64,000 nucleotides of DNA, taken from positions 11,238-75,237 of the IMG/VR virus record IMGVR_UViG_3300042197_003319. One strand, given 5' to 3'. How positions within the stretch are numbered: the first letter of the stretch is position 1; every line of letters starts with the position of its first letter. Origin of the DNA: a virus. The notes beneath the pieces were generated by a model. That model saw nothing but the letters and a program-made list of their open reading frames with translations. It was not told the origin of the DNA and did no database searches. The translations under genes were made by a program, and so were the position numbers. Below, piece by piece: positions 1-9,492 of the stretch.

Positions 1-1053
1 TGGAGCAGGCTGGCTAGTGTTTGCCACTGCAGAGGTTGTGCCCCTTACCTTCACCACACTTCCGTTATGAGCCTGCACACGAAGAGGATTAGAATTTGAA
101 GCGGTATTCGCCAGCGAAATTGGGAAGAGGTTGCTGGTCGAAACAGCCGCACCATTGACAAAGGTATTAGACGTAGCCACTACGGGTATTGGGTAACCAG
201 AAGGAACACCCTGTACGCTAACTACATCTGGGGAAACTGATTGCGGAGTCCCAGTCCTGCCATAATCAATAACTGCCCCGGTCGAATCAGTAATTTGAAC
301 TTTAGCTTTAAGATTGTTAGAATCCGACTGAGATACTACGACTGCAGAAGCTCGCAATTGGCTATCGGTTAAAGGGCCTGAGACAGAAACAGGCGATGAC
401 CGTAATTGAGTATTTGTCAGAGGTCCTGTAACTGTCACAGGATTTTGCCTAAGCTCGTAGTCTGTAAGCGGGCCTGTAACCGTTTGAACGCTTGGCAGAT
501 TAACAACAGCTACATTTCCGTAGCTTACCTGAATGCTTTCAGGCATGTTGGAAACGGAAACAACTCCGTTTATCGTTTGGTTTTCAGGAAAATTTTGAAC
601 CGAGACATTTTGGGAATTCGGGAAGGTGACCTGTATATTCTCTAAGGCTTCAAGACTCGAGGGCGCCAATGAAACAGAAACCGGGGAATTACGAAGTTGG
701 GTGTCTGTAAGCGGCTGATTCAGACCGGTATTTGCAGTTACAGTTCCGGTTATTTCCTGAATCGTTGGTAGATTAGAAACAGAGACAGACCCGTCCACCG
801 TAATCGAACCGTTATTGTCGGAAACCGGAACAGGACTATTTACGGATACGCCGTTTGCAACATCGCTTCGAAGAGATTCAATTGAACCCTGGACCGAAGC
901 TAACGTTGTCTCTGACGCGAGCGAGGACCCGTCAATCGTAACCGGGCCAGTAATTTCGGCGGCTCCGGTTTTAGCCTCGATCTTGTTTAAAAGGCTAACA
1001 GCTTTTCGTAACGAGGTGTCCGCCCCGTCATTGATGTAGGGCGAGTCGTCCAT
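1..1053 (-). CDS. Ser/Val/Thr/Pro-rich virion decoration/fibre-like protein, truncated at window edge (not in ORF track)
   Basis: ATG at 1053, 7 bp after the scaffold stop, and open to position 1. Reads MDDSPYINDGADTSLRKAVSLLNKI... and carries internal repeats PLTD(T/Y/S)(Q/E)LR..PVxVxG. Confidence 0.7.
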   Translation of the reverse strand, partial: MDDSPYINDGADTSLRKAVSLLNKIEAKTGAAEITGPVTIDGSSLASETTLASVQGSIESLRSDVANGVSVNSPVPVSDNNGSITVDGSVSVSNLPTIQEITGTVTANTGLNQPLTDTQLRNSPVSVSLAPSSLEALENIQVTFPNSQNVSVQNFPENQTINGVVSVSNMPESIQVSYGNVAVVNLPSVQTVTGPLTDYELRQNPVTVTGPLTNTQLRSSPVSVSGPLTDSQLRASAVVVSQSDSNNLKAKVQITDSTGAVIDYGRTGTPQSVSPDVVSVQGVPSGYPIPVVATSNTFVNGAAVSTSNLFPISLANTASNSNPLRVQAHNGSVVKVRGTTSAVANTSQPAP

Positions 1054-1059
1054 CTAGTT

Positions 1060-2358
1060 TTAGAGACCCCGTTCCAAAGCCTCCAGAAAACTGACGTTGG
1101 GGTCGGCCTTTGCCGTCTTCGCAACGGCCTGACCGGAACCTGCGCCAGGAGTGGCCTTCCTGTACTCGGAAAGACTGCTCTTCAGGCTGGTAAGTTCCTG
1201 GTTGGTTTTGGTGATGTAGTCCTTAAATACCTGGACAACTAGAGGAAGGGACACTGCCTGGTAGGTCAGCATTGCCCTTTGGCGATGACCAAGAGGCTCG
1301 GCGTCAAGCTTCTCGGCCTGCGTGCGGAGTTGGTCGACAGTGTTATTCCAGGCCTCGTTGCCATCCACTTTTTTAAGAAGCGGCATATCTTCCTGAAAAC
1401 TTGACCACACTTCGCTAAAAGCTTTTTTGGCCTCAGCATCGTAACTTGCGCGACTAGCCCTCTCCTGCTCCTCCTCTTGCTTGGCGATAGCTTCCAGAGC
1501 TGTCTTGCTGTTTTTTAGAAGCTCATCTTTTTTGGAATAAAGAGAAGCAAGTTCCTCGACCTTGGTGCGGACGGCCAAAGCATCCACCGGGTCCATCTCT
1601 CCGGTAAGTTCCTTAAGAAGGACCCTACGCTTAACGCCGTCCGGCTCATTTGCAGCTTCCAGAATGGCATTTGGCTTGGCTTCATAGGCCTTCGCAATGT
1701 CCACGATAGTCTGGGTTGTTTTTTGAATCGGCTCCCCGATGGAAGACTTGTATTCGCGGGTAGCCTCAATTTTAAAAACGCGAAGCTCGCTCTCAAGCTC
1801 ATCGCGTTCTTTTTGGAATTGCTCCAGCTTTTGTTGGTACTCCTTGACCTGAGTATCCGTCCCAGCGTCACCGCCCTTGTTCTCCACAGTTTCGGTGCGT
1901 GTCGCGAGCTTGGACTCAAACTCCTTAAGTTTGGACTTCGCTTCACGAAGCTCCTTGGTGAGTTTAGCAAAAGCTGTTTGAGCCGCAGGAGGCGTAGCTT
2001 CGGGCAAAGCCTCTTCCTGGGGCTTCTCTTCAGGAGCTTCTGCCTTTTCCTCTTTGGCGGGAGACGATTCCGTTTTCTCTTGGCCAAGCGAGCTAAGGCG
2101 ATCGAAAATAGAATCGGGAGTCTTTAACGAATTGTCCTGACTCTTTGCCGGTTCGGGAGTTGTCTTTTCAACAGGAGTTTCGGCCACGGGCTTTGACGGC
2201 TCAGCTGCAGGAGCTTGGGCTTTGGCCGGGGCTTCGCGGTTTAAGGGGGTGGGTGCTTCGGTCCCAAGGGCTGCGTCCAAGGCTTCAGCCAAAGACATTG
2301 AAGCGTTGAGTTTGGGGGCCGCTTCCTGAGCGGTCGGTTCTGCGGTTGCTGTGGCCAT
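1060..2358 (-). CDS. capsid scaffolding protein (putative)
   Basis: 432 aa, P/E/A/K-rich disordered N-terminus, long acidic coiled coil, amphipathic C-terminal helix (SFLEALERGL); located downstream of portal. Confidence 0.7.
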   Translation of the reverse strand: MATATAEPTAQEAAPKLNASMSLAEALDAALGTEAPTPLNREAPAKAQAPAAEPSKPVAETPVEKTTPEPAKSQDNSLKTPDSIFDRLSSLGQEKTESSPAKEEKAEAPEEKPQEEALPEATPPAAQTAFAKLTKELREAKSKLKEFESKLATRTETVENKGGDAGTDTQVKEYQQKLEQFQKERDELESELRVFKIEATREYKSSIGEPIQKTTQTIVDIAKAYEAKPNAILEAANEPDGVKRRVLLKELTGEMDPVDALAVRTKVEELASLYSKKDELLKNSKTALEAIAKQEEEQERASRASYDAEAKKAFSEVWSSFQEDMPLLKKVDGNEAWNNTVDQLRTQAEKLDAEPLGHRQRAMLTYQAVSLPLVVQVFKDYITKTNQELTSLKSSLSEYRKATPGAGSGQAVAKTAKADPNVSFLEALERGL

Positions 2359-2364
2359 GGTAGG

Positions 2365-2652
2365 TTACTCCTCCTTCTTGGTCTCTTCCCAGGGTCCTGG
2401 TAAAGATTCGCTCGGCCTTTTGATTTCTTTTAAAGCGTCGATGTTCCGGAGGGCGTCGTAATACCCCTCGCGTCTTGCGTTTGCCAACGCGTTGTACTGA
2501 ATTGGGTCAAAACCCTGTGGGATCTTAGTCTCTGCCGGAAGGGCGGCTTCTTTCAATACTTCCAGTCCGTGTTTTAGAGAGTCGTTGGTCTCCCAAAGTT
2601 TCTTCCACTCTGCCTGCAAATCGTCGCGTTTTGCCCATTCGTTTATGTTCAT
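2365..2652 (-). CDS. small head-morphogenesis protein between portal and scaffold (Bbp19-like position)
   Basis: 95 aa with REGYYDALRNI helix; syntenic position typical of podoviruses. Confidence 0.5.
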   Translation of the reverse strand: MNINEWAKRDDLQAEWKKLWETNDSLKHGLEVLKEAALPAETKIPQGFDPIQYNALANARREGYYDALRNIDALKEIKRPSESLPGPWEETKKEE

Positions 2653-2659
2653 ATGGTGC

Positions 2660-2677
2660 TTGACTTTATTTTGTCAA
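2660..2677. promoter_or_regulatory. palindromic operator-like site TTGAC-N8-GTCAA
   Basis: TTGACTTTATTTTGTCAA in the intergenic gap; the motif recurs at six other gene starts. Confidence 0.5.
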
Positions 2678-2683
2678 AACGTT

Positions 2684-4915
2684 TTAGGCAAGTTTATTCT
2701 TACGGATCTTCTGGGCAGTCTCGGCGTCGCGAAGGGCAAGCTTTTGTTGGGCGTCAGTGACTTTGATACGGTTATCGATCTCGGCCTGGCGAAGTTTGAT
2801 CTGGTTGTCCACGTTGGCCTTTTCCATGGCGATCCTCGCCTTCGGGTCAAACTGAGGCTGATTCGCACGGGCCCTGGCCATGGCTTCTTTTTGCGCCTGG
2901 GCCTGAAGCTGTTTTCCAATATTCTCAATCGCTTCGCGCATTTGGTTAAGCACCTCTTTCGCCACCTTAACTTCCCTCTCCCGGCTTTTGTCTGCGGCCA
3001 AGGCTTGTAGGTGGGCCATGCTGTGCGGGTACTGTAACTTGAAATAATCCGCCGCAATCTTGGGATTGACCTGGTTTTGCTGGAGAGCTTGGAGAAACCG
3101 CACTGCATCCTGCAAATGAACGTCCAGATGGACAGCATGATTTTCGCCCTCCTGGACGCTGATGCCCCTGCCCCCCTGCATGGCGTCGTTTTCGAGTTCG
3201 GCGATCTTGGCATCCACAGGAACCCGTTCAGTCTCGCTTTTTGGCATGTAGCGGTCGACCTGGTCGTAACCGACACGTGCCGCAACACGATCACGGATCA
3301 GGTTTCTTTGGCCAACTTCGTCGAACCTGGGCATAATTTGCATAAACTCGTCAAAAGCCAAAAGCCTGGCCCCAGGACTGCCTGCGCCAACCGCCCTGAC
3401 CGCTTGGACGTGGTAAACCTTTTCTACGGCCTTCCACGGAACGCCACGGGCCTCAATGCGTTTACGGAAATCAATCGCTTCCGGCCCACCTGGCTCGTCG
3501 GAACGATACTTCACCGTGGCCAAACGCCGGAACTGTTCGTTCAGAAGTTTCTGGAACGGGATGTAGTAAAGGTTCATGGCTTGCGTCGAAAGGATGGATT
3601 GCTGGGCTAGTTGGGCCTGAACTTCCGTGGCCGTACGGGCGTCGCCTTCCGGCATAAGCTGTTTTTGATTGTACGTGCCGGTGTTGTTTTGGCGAACCAG
3701 CTCGAGGTCACGCACAATTGGGAGCACGTTGCCGGCAAGATTCGGCATGGACTTATCAATAACATTGATCCCGGGCGGGAGGATGCTCAAGGGCCCGTTG
3801 TAAACCAGACCCATGTTGCTGACATCCTCACCGGTAGAAGGCTGGATCATCAAGGCGGAAGAAAGCATGGCTCCGTCAACAACGGCGTTCCGCAACCGGT
3901 TAGAAAGCTGGATGAACGGAAAGAGCTTATAGCCAAGACCGCGGATACTATGCAGCAAACCGTTTGACCCAATGCCGTACGGAAAGAGAATGAAGGCTTC
4001 ATTGGGGTGGGCAAAGCGGTTGGGCTTTTGGAAAAGGAAATCGTCAGAGTCACCTGCCCGAAGACCGATATAATGCGAAATAGACTGGTCGAATTCTTTG
4101 ACAAAATAATGAACGCACCGAACCACCTTGGAGCGGGCATGCGAGTACATCAGGTCATTGTTTTTAAGCTCGGCCTGAAGCTTCTCCCAATCCCGGGTGG
4201 TTGCCCGTCCGCTTTCGGTAGATAGCAAAATTGCTCTGCGAGTCTCTTCGACATTCCATCCAAGCTCGGAGGCCACCTTTTCGTTTTCAATGAACTGGTA
4301 CAGCTCTCCAACCAGATATTCGCGTTCGATAACTGCTATTTCTACCTTGGTGTCACAGGCGGGTGTTCCCCGAGGAACTTTAAAATCTTTCAACCCGCAG
4401 GTGTCCCACTTCCAGCTTCGGTTGTCCTCAAAATAAACAACGCCCACTCCTTGTGCGACAAAGTGGTGGGACAGAAGCTGCTGCTTGTAGAAAAATTCGT
4501 CCCAACCAACAATAGTCCGGTGGAACTCCTCGGAGATTATGTTCTCCCACTCGGCTCTTTGGGAGGGGTCTCCCTCCGAAGTTTTTACCGTGGCCAATCG
4601 ATCCACGGAGTTTACCAAATCGGAGTAGGCGGACAGAGCTGTCTCAAGAGCTGCGGAAGCTTCACCAAAATTAAGATTGGCCCGATAGCCTTGGCCGAGT
4701 GCTTTTAGCTTCTGAGGGGAATAGGGAGGCTCCCCATCCAGCATGGCCTGAATTTTTTGACGATCCATCGACGAAGCATCATCTGCATTTCGGATCGCAA
4801 GGTACAAGGCATGGGCGCTTTTCGCGTCCTTGATTCTTGTACGCGGCGCTTTTCCGGTCTCAGAAAGATTTTCTAATTCAATGCTAGACACGTGTCTCCC
4901 GAGTTTAACACTCAA
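2684..4915 (-). CDS. portal (head-tail connector) protein
   Basis: 743 aa directly downstream of TerL; 'ARTATEV' motif typical of podovirus portals; Q/A-rich C-terminal barrel-like extension. Start may be a few codons later (GTG). Confidence 0.8.
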   Translation of the reverse strand: MSVKLGRHVSSIELENLSETGKAPRTRIKDAKSAHALYLAIRNADDASSMDRQKIQAMLDGEPPYSPQKLKALGQGYRANLNFGEASAALETALSAYSDLVNSVDRLATVKTSEGDPSQRAEWENIISEEFHRTIVGWDEFFYKQQLLSHHFVAQGVGVVYFEDNRSWKWDTCGLKDFKVPRGTPACDTKVEIAVIEREYLVGELYQFIENEKVASELGWNVEETRRAILLSTESGRATTRDWEKLQAELKNNDLMYSHARSKVVRCVHYFVKEFDQSISHYIGLRAGDSDDFLFQKPNRFAHPNEAFILFPYGIGSNGLLHSIRGLGYKLFPFIQLSNRLRNAVVDGAMLSSALMIQPSTGEDVSNMGLVYNGPLSILPPGINVIDKSMPNLAGNVLPIVRDLELVRQNNTGTYNQKQLMPEGDARTATEVQAQLAQQSILSTQAMNLYYIPFQKLLNEQFRRLATVKYRSDEPGGPEAIDFRKRIEARGVPWKAVEKVYHVQAVRAVGAGSPGARLLAFDEFMQIMPRFDEVGQRNLIRDRVAARVGYDQVDRYMPKSETERVPVDAKIAELENDAMQGGRGISVQEGENHAVHLDVHLQDAVRFLQALQQNQVNPKIAADYFKLQYPHSMAHLQALAADKSREREVKVAKEVLNQMREAIENIGKQLQAQAQKEAMARARANQPQFDPKARIAMEKANVDNQIKLRQAEIDNRIKVTDAQQKLALRDAETAQKIRKNKLA

Positions 4916-4924
4916 CGATTTTCG

Positions 4925-6676
4925 TCAAGTGACTGGCTGGTATACGCCCAAAACCTGACGGTCCCCGTAGGAGCTGACATCCAATTTTTTGGCCTGATTC
5001 AGCCAACCGTCACCACGGCTTAAGGCCAACTTAGCTCCGGCGTAAGCCCCCAGCCTTTGGCGGCAAACGTCGAGCAAGAGGAAGGCTGCGTCCGCCAAAT
5101 CTGGAGATTTACCCATTCTGGCTTTCATGTCCTTCTTCGACTCAACTACAAGTTTCCCACCGGCCATAGTGCTGTACTTCCTAGCGGTCAGCTCCCTAGC
5201 GAGGTCAGGCGTAATCCCCTTTAACTGGTATGACCTTAAAAACTCAACGCCTACGTACCACAGTTCGGTAACCCGGTTGGCGAACTTCTCATTGGCAAGC
5301 ACCGGAGAAACGGCGCTGGTCGGCAGATTGGTGGGCTTCTCGCCAAACTTCACCCTAAACACCCTGGGTGACCAAAGCTCGCTGATGATGTCGCAAAAAG
5401 GATCACCGGCTCCGGTGGCGTCAACCGCAAGATGTTCGGGGCGGACCCCCTCTTTCTCGCAAATATCCTTTACCATCCTGGCAATCTGGAAGTTTCTTGG
5501 CTCATTGGCCTTGGTCGAGTCTTCACGTAAAAGATGCATTTTTTCAAAAGCCACCGTGGCAACACCGTCACGGCTTTTCCCAAAACTGCCGATATACAAA
5601 ACAGATCGATCTCCACCGTTGGTAAAGGCCGGGTCAAATCCCGCTACGCGAACCGGCTCTTTTTCCCAAACCGGCAGTCCCTCCCCCTCGTACCTGCGGA
5701 TGTCGGCTTCGGAGTAGATGTTTTGTTCCGCGCCGATGGGCGAGGGGTACGAGCGGATAAACCTCCAATACGAAAGGCTGTTCTCGCCTTGATGCTCCCT
5801 GGCGTCCCTCAGTTGCTTGGAGGTAAGCAAAAAGGGCCACTTGTCGTCGGCGTCAAGGTTTGGGGTCCTCTCACCGTCAAGGTGAACGCAATACCCACGC
5901 TGGGTCTCCCAGCCGTCCATGTCCGCGTTAACGCTGTTCCAGGTGTTCTTTGGGGCAATGAACTGGCCGAAAGGATCGTAAGCCGAGGCAAAGTTACCTA
6001 GGGCAATACATTGAAAGAATGGGTTGGAGTCCAGGTTGTGGATGGCCTCAAAGATCGCCGGCGAGACATCTGTGGCCTCGTCGACCAGAAGCAGAACCCG
6101 CTTGTTTTTAAGCCCGATGAGTTTCTCTGTGGCTTCTTTTTCCTTGTCCTTGGCTGACGGGATAAGGGTAATCGAAGACCGGTCACTGCCGGCTTCATCG
6201 AGAATCAGCTTACCCATCGAATCCACAATCCGCCCTGGGAGCCCCGGGATCTGTAAATGCCGCTCACGGATCACGCCCCACATGCGTTTCCGGGCCTCAC
6301 GGACCGACGTGGTAGTGACTAAGACAAGCGTGTTAAAGGGGTCGCAGAGCCAGTTGATCAATCCCCAGATGCCAATGCAGTGGGTCTTGCTTGAGGACTT
6401 CGGCCCAGAGATTCCGAGGTAGTTCCATTTACAGGCCTCCTCAAAGATCCGCTCGGCCCAAGGGTTCCATTGGAAGCCGTTTTTGTTCTTCCTAGGGTCA
6501 TACGGCCACAAAAGCTCAACTACCCGTCGGAAATGCCCGTACTTCCCAAGACCCCCCACTTCCGGCCCGTAATTCTCCCGAAACCCCATCAGCTCAATCG
6601 TGACCTCGGTTGTGCCAATTGGCCAAATTCTGCCGTATTTCTCAAAGCCTTCAGCCATAACCCAATGGGAAGACAT
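4925..6676 (-). CDS. terL: terminase large subunit
   Basis: Variant Walker A GPKSSSKT, Walker B LLLVDEA, motif III LGN, RNase H-like nuclease motifs GFDPA..GGD and SPDLADA. Confidence 0.9.
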   Translation of the reverse strand: MSSHWVMAEGFEKYGRIWPIGTTEVTIELMGFRENYGPEVGGLGKYGHFRRVVELLWPYDPRKNKNGFQWNPWAERIFEEACKWNYLGISGPKSSSKTHCIGIWGLINWLCDPFNTLVLVTTTSVREARKRMWGVIRERHLQIPGLPGRIVDSMGKLILDEAGSDRSSITLIPSAKDKEKEATEKLIGLKNKRVLLLVDEATDVSPAIFEAIHNLDSNPFFQCIALGNFASAYDPFGQFIAPKNTWNSVNADMDGWETQRGYCVHLDGERTPNLDADDKWPFLLTSKQLRDAREHQGENSLSYWRFIRSYPSPIGAEQNIYSEADIRRYEGEGLPVWEKEPVRVAGFDPAFTNGGDRSVLYIGSFGKSRDGVATVAFEKMHLLREDSTKANEPRNFQIARMVKDICEKEGVRPEHLAVDATGAGDPFCDIISELWSPRVFRVKFGEKPTNLPTSAVSPVLANEKFANRVTELWYVGVEFLRSYQLKGITPDLARELTARKYSTMAGGKLVVESKKDMKARMGKSPDLADAAFLLLDVCRQRLGAYAGAKLALSRGDGWLNQAKKLDVSSYGDRQVLGVYQPVT

Positions 6677-6679
6677 TAA

Positions 6680-6925
6680 GATTCGTCAAGATTTCGTCAA
6701 GATTTTTTAGGCCCTTTGCACAAAACGCTGATTTCGAAGTACTTCCCAAAATTGCACATTGGGCTAACGACCCGTCCTTGTAAGTCACTAACTTCCAACT
6801 ATTTCCGTTAACTCCTTCAGTTAGAGTAAATTACCTGTGCAACCTGGGAAATGCAATGTGCAACATTAAGCAAAGATTTCTGTTGACGCGTGTCAAGATT
6901 GTCAAGATACTGTGTCAAGAAACTA
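6680..6925. mobile_element. putative attP region (arm repeats, IHF site, candidate core)
   Basis: GTCAAGA direct repeats at 6685, 6696, 6892, 6901 and 6914; inverted TTGCACA(TTG) at 6716 and 6752 versus (CAA)TGTGCAA at 6836 and 6854; IHF consensus match AATCAGCGTTTTG on minus strand 6721-6733; TAAC-N7-GTTA at 6809-6823; immediately upstream of integrase. Confidence 0.55.
6883..6911 (+). promoter_or_regulatory. sigma70-type promoter of integrase
   Basis: TTGACG (6883-6888), 17 bp spacer, GATACT (6906-6911); ATG at 6931. Confidence 0.6.
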
Positions 6926-6930
6926 AAACC

Positions 6931-8157
6931 ATGAAACCAATCATAATTCAAAAGGGCTGGGCGAAAGTCCGGATCTACGAGTGCCCTCTTCGCCGGGGGG
7001 CTGACGAATACATGACGTACATCATTTCCTGGTACATCGGGAAAAAACGGATGCGTCGAGGCATGGCCTCACTCGAGTTGGCCAAACGGGAAGCCAAAGC
7101 GATCGCCGAGCAACTGGCCGATGGGTCAGCGACGACGACTGAAATCACCCAGAAAGAACTTCAGTATTACCGGCAGTGCGAAAATCTTCTCAACGGAGTC
7201 CCACTCGACAGGGCCGTTAAGGCCTACGTGGAGCTAAACCCAAAAGAAGTGAAGCAGGTTAGGATCAAGGAACTGGTCGAAGAGTTTCTTAAGCGCAACG
7301 ACGCTGACCCCAACCTTTCAAAATCGCAAAAGCTGACTATCCGACACCACTTGACCAGATTTGCCGAAAGGATGAACCGTCCGATATCTGTGGTCACCCC
7401 AAAGGAAATTGACGAATACCTGGACGACCCCCAATACGCCCCAAGGACCCGGCACAATCACCGTGCGTCCATTATCGTCCTTTTCAATTACGCCAGACGC
7501 AAAGGCTATCTTATCGAAGACAAGCGGCATGCGGCCGAGAAATCCGAAGAGATCCGATTTAAGCGCCCAGACGTTGAGATCTATTCCCCCGAACAGGCCG
7601 AGGCCATGCTTCACTTGGCCGACGCCAAGCTCATTCCCTTTTTGGCCATTGGGCTCTTTTCTGGGGTCAGAAGCGCAGAGCTCTGTCGGCTCAACTGGGA
7701 AGACATTGACTGGGTTGGGGGTAACATTCGGTTGGACCGAAACATCACCAAAACCAACCAATCCCGTCTTGTCCCCCTTCTCCCCAATCTTGCCGAGTGG
7801 TTGGCCCCGTACAAAGGCAGGAAGGGGAACATCATGGTTTCGATGGGGACAAAAGAACCGACTAGGTTTGTCAGCCCGTGGCTGATCAAAACCGACAACC
7901 CAAAGCTTCCCCGTAAATGGATCGATAACGGAATGCGTCACAGTTTTGCTTCTTACTATCTTGCCTATACGCAAGACGCGGCCAGGACAGCCCTGGCCTG
8001 CGGACACTCGGTAAGCATGTTGATGGGCACTTATAAAACGGTGTCTCTCAACGGGGTGTCCATAACCCAGGAGGTGGCCAAGCGATATTTTGAGATCCGC
8101 CCGGTGGCGGCAGAAAATATCGTCCCAATCAGGCATGCCAAATCAAAGAAAGCCTAA
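6931..8157 (+). CDS. int: tyrosine recombinase / phage integrase
   Basis: Catalytic R (SGVRSAEL), K (ITKT), NxxRH in place of HxxR (NGMRHSFASY), H (ACGHS), Y (GTYK); N-terminal beta arm-binding-like domain. Start placed at ATG 6931 behind the promoter. Confidence 0.9.
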   Translation: MKPIIIQKGWAKVRIYECPLRRGADEYMTYIISWYIGKKRMRRGMASLELAKREAKAIAEQLADGSATTTEITQKELQYYRQCENLLNGVPLDRAVKAYVELNPKEVKQVRIKELVEEFLKRNDADPNLSKSQKLTIRHHLTRFAERMNRPISVVTPKEIDEYLDDPQYAPRTRHNHRASIIVLFNYARRKGYLIEDKRHAAEKSEEIRFKRPDVEIYSPEQAEAMLHLADAKLIPFLAIGLFSGVRSAELCRLNWEDIDWVGGNIRLDRNITKTNQSRLVPLLPNLAEWLAPYKGRKGNIMVSMGTKEPTRFVSPWLIKTDNPKLPRKWIDNGMRHSFASYYLAYTQDAARTALACGHSVSMLMGTYKTVSLNGVSITQEVAKRYFEIRPVAAENIVPIRHAKSKKA

Positions 8158-8308
8158 CCAGACCACGGCGACCTTCACCATACCCAAGCATCTTTTAACT
8201 TGGGTACAGTCAGAGGCTACGAAGCGGGGGCAATCGACCTCTGAGTATATTCGGGGTTTGCTCCTTAAGCAGTGGGACAAAGCTTCCGAAACTAAAAAAG
8301 AAAAATAA
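8135..8308 (+). CDS. ribbon-helix-helix (Arc/CopG-like) DNA-binding protein
   Basis: TATFTIPKHLLTWVQSEATKRGQSTSEYIRGLL fits the beta-strand/helix/G-x-S/helix RHH pattern. Confidence 0.7.
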   Translation: MPNQRKPNQTTATFTIPKHLLTWVQSEATKRGQSTSEYIRGLLLKQWDKASETKKEK

Positions 8309-8402
8309 TAGCCTAAAAGGGATAAGGTTTATTGTGGATTAGGTGGCGTATAATTGGCGCATTTGTAACGTATAAGTAGCGTATTTATAAGTATTTACGT
8401 AC

Positions 8403-8431
8403 TTGCCAATAAATGCTTAAGCTACTAAGAT
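8403..8431 (+). promoter_or_regulatory. sigma70-type promoter, probably giving a leaderless mRNA
   Basis: TTGCCA, 17 bp spacer, TAAGAT; GTG start 8 bp later at 8440. Confidence 0.5.
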
Positions 8432-8439
8432 TCTCCCTT

Positions 8440-8619
8440 GTGAAAAGGGGATTCCACGACAATAAAGCAGAAAAAACCAACCTGCTCCTCCCCAGTAAAC
8501 TAAAAATCAGGACTCTGGACCAGGCGAGGAAGGAGGGCGTATCAATGTCGCAACTCGTGCGAAAACTTTTGGAGAGCTATTTGGCGGAAGCGGCGAAAGC
8601 CGAAAAAATAAAAATGTAA
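8440..8619 (+). CDS. second ribbon-helix-helix protein
   Basis: KTNLLLPSKLKIRTLDQARKEGVSMSQLVRKLL RHH pattern. Confidence 0.7.
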   Translation: MKRGFHDNKAEKTNLLLPSKLKIRTLDQARKEGVSMSQLVRKLLESYLAEAAKAEKIKM

Positions 8620-8679
8620 AAAAAAAGAAGAAATTACTTGCCATGTATGCGCTGACGCTTACACCTAGTCGCCTCTCGC

Positions 8680-8988
8680 ATGAGACTTACCCTCGAAACT
8701 AAGTCGGTTAGGATTTTTACCCAACCCAGCGGCCATTTGGCCGTGGAGCTGGAGCCCATCGGAGAAGACGGTTGGCCGAAGGATCTTCCGAGTGAAAACA
8801 TCTACACAATCCCCGAGCTAACCAAACGGCTCGGAGTTTCTCGTCGCACAATCTACAGCTATTTTCGTCGGCACCATAATCCCCTCCCCCACTCGAAAGC
8901 GGGAGGCCGTCCGCGTGTGACCGAATCGGATTTAATGTCCTGGCTCTCCAGGGAAAAGACCAAAGCCAAGATCGTGAGCATCGTATGA
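8680..8988 (+). CDS. excisionase-like HTH DNA-binding protein (HTH_17/MerR-like)
   Basis: YTIPELTKRLGVSRRTIYSY...LPHSKAGGRPRVTESDLMSWL. Confidence 0.75.
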   Translation: MRLTLETKSVRIFTQPSGHLAVELEPIGEDGWPKDLPSENIYTIPELTKRLGVSRRTIYSYFRRHHNPLPHSKAGGRPRVTESDLMSWLSREKTKAKIVSIV

Positions 8989-9033
8989 TTTCAACCCAAA
9001 TAAAAAAGAGGGCTGTCGCAAAGAAAGGAATGA

Positions 9034-9492
9034 ATGACACCCACCAAGGAACTGATTGCAATCGATCCGGGAAAGTCCGGAGGGATTGCATGGAAGATGG
9101 CCTACGGCGCGCGAGCCGTGGCGATGCCGGCCACGGAGCCGGACATCGCACAGAAATTAAAGGAGATCTATTATCACCTGGACAAACCTACTGTCCTAAT
9201 CGAGGAGGTGGGCGGCTACATCGGGAGGCCGCAGCCGGGTTCAGCCATGTTTACTTTTGGTCGCAATTTCGGGTTCTTGTTAGGCGTTCTGACCTGCCTC
9301 TCGGCCAGGATCGTTCTGGTCCGACCTCAAAGATGGCAAAGCTTCTTAGGGCTTGGAACGAGCGACGGAAACCGAACCAAGTGGAAAAACAAGTTAAAGT
9401 CAAAGGCTCAGAACCTTTTTCCAGATCTTGACGTAACCTTGGCAATATCAGACGCTTTATTACTTTTGGAATACGGGAGAAAGACAGAATAG
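9034..9492 (+). CDS. RuvC-like Holliday junction resolvase
   Basis: IAIDPGKSGGIA, LIEEV, FTFG, PQRWQ and DALLL motifs. Confidence 0.85.
   Translation: MTPTKELIAIDPGKSGGIAWKMAYGARAVAMPATEPDIAQKLKEIYYHLDKPTVLIEEVGGYIGRPQPGSAMFTFGRNFGFLLGVLTCLSARIVLVRPQRWQSFLGLGTSDGNRTKWKNKLKSKAQNLFPDLDVTLAISDALLLLEYGRKTE

Noticed and set aside
6700-6890. tRNA or tRNA-derived att core
   Set aside because: No T-loop (GTTCRA) or CCA signature; no tRNA gene recognised anywhere in the window.
6883-6896. TTGAC-N4-GTCAA as an FNR-like box
   Set aside because: More simply the -35 hexamer abutting a GTCAAGA arm repeat; single occurrence.
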